Assembly: GCA_001643675.2 (NCBI GenBank)
Contig: LSRY02000014.1
Span: 1,364,001 to 1,428,000, forward strand
Source of the DNA: Monocercomonoides exilis PA203
Taxonomy: Eukaryota; Protista; Preaxostyla
Reading direction: 5' to 3'
Length of the DNA: 64,000 bases
Both the position numbers and the translations under genes were made by a program. Positions 63,172-64,000 of the stretch are shown in pieces. Each line of letters starts with the position of its first letter. The stretch's first letter is position 1. A model generated the notes under the pieces. That model had not been told where the DNA came from, did no database searches, and saw nothing but the letters and a program-made list of their open reading frames with translations.

Positions 63172-64000
63172 TGCGATAGCATAGCGCTTTTATGGTATCT
63201 TATCAAGCACCTTTTTATCATTGTTTTACGTTTTCGTTTTTCTTTACTTAGATTTGCTTATCTTTACAAATATTTATTAATATGTGAAATAGATTTCCTT
63301 CGAAGTTATACTTCGTGTTGAATTCTATTGTTTCAGTTATTTTAAATTTTTATTTGTAGAAATAAATTTTATTCTTTGGTTTAAGACTTTCTTCAAAGGA
63401 TAAAAAGTGAAATAAACATAATGCTTGCTTACACATTTTTTTTTCAAATTTTTTAACAACTGTTTTTTTCGTTTAAGTTTCAGTTTAAGTTGTGATTTTT
63501 CAAATTTCGATTTGGGAAATTTTGATAAATACATCAATATTTGGCATGTTATTTAGATTTTTCTGTTCTAATTTCAAGTTTTGTTTTATGTGCTTTGAAG
63601 ACAAATTAAGATAGATTTGCAAATATGTTTGAATCGGGAACAACGTTAACATCTTGTTGAATTGTGAATTAACTTCCATATGTGACATTTCAATGAACAC
63701 ATAAAGAATAAAAAATATTCCAATTTTTCAAAAAAAAAAGTTTGTAATTTTCAGAATTTAACTTACCAAATAAAAGCTCGCAAGATTCCTTAAAAGACAA
63801 AAAAAAAAAAAAAAATAACAAATAAATATGATTGTAAAAAACAGATTAACAGAAAATACGAAATATTGCTTTTGAATTTTTTCATTTAACTCTTCTTCTA
63901 GAAGCTTGTGCAAATTGTTGAAGGCGAGGCTACAATTTTTAAGAAAAGTAACAATAATTCTTAATTTAACAAACAAGCGAAAAATAAATAAAAATTACAA

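Noticed and set aside
63337-64000. Possible minus-strand exons at the window end (GTAAGT donor near 63768)
   Set aside because: These are short AT-rich ORFs with no recognisable product and cannot be assembled within the window.

Overview
This is eukaryotic protist genomic DNA with very AT-rich intergenic and intron sequence, short GT-AG introns (donors often GTTTG/GTATT/GTTTA), poly-Ser-rich proteins and the standard genetic code. The style strongly suggests an oxymonad such as Monocercomonoides (inference). In order, the window holds: a transposon-debris zone (MULE-like remnant, MITE-like TIR element, ~140-bp palindrome); genes for a nitroreductase, a TVP15/COPI-associated membrane protein, a HINT hydrolase, a >3,000-aa Pumilio/PUF protein, a ~2,150-aa unknown protein, IFT54, a 37-aa OST4 missing from the ORF track, an intronless bacterial-type SDR, DENND10/FAM45 and CAND1; a full-length but mutated DIRS1-type tyrosine-recombinase retrotransposon (38154-44220) with ITRs and an internal complementary region; a ~4,130-aa beta-helix-repeat receptor with a pseudokinase tail; a second MULE-like copy; and a ubiquitin-like-domain protein. 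The most novel candidate is a GC-rich structured RNA in the DIRS 3' non-coding region that can be drawn as an HDV-like nested double pseudoknot (43921-44027). All homology calls are from motif recognition by eye; no searches were run.
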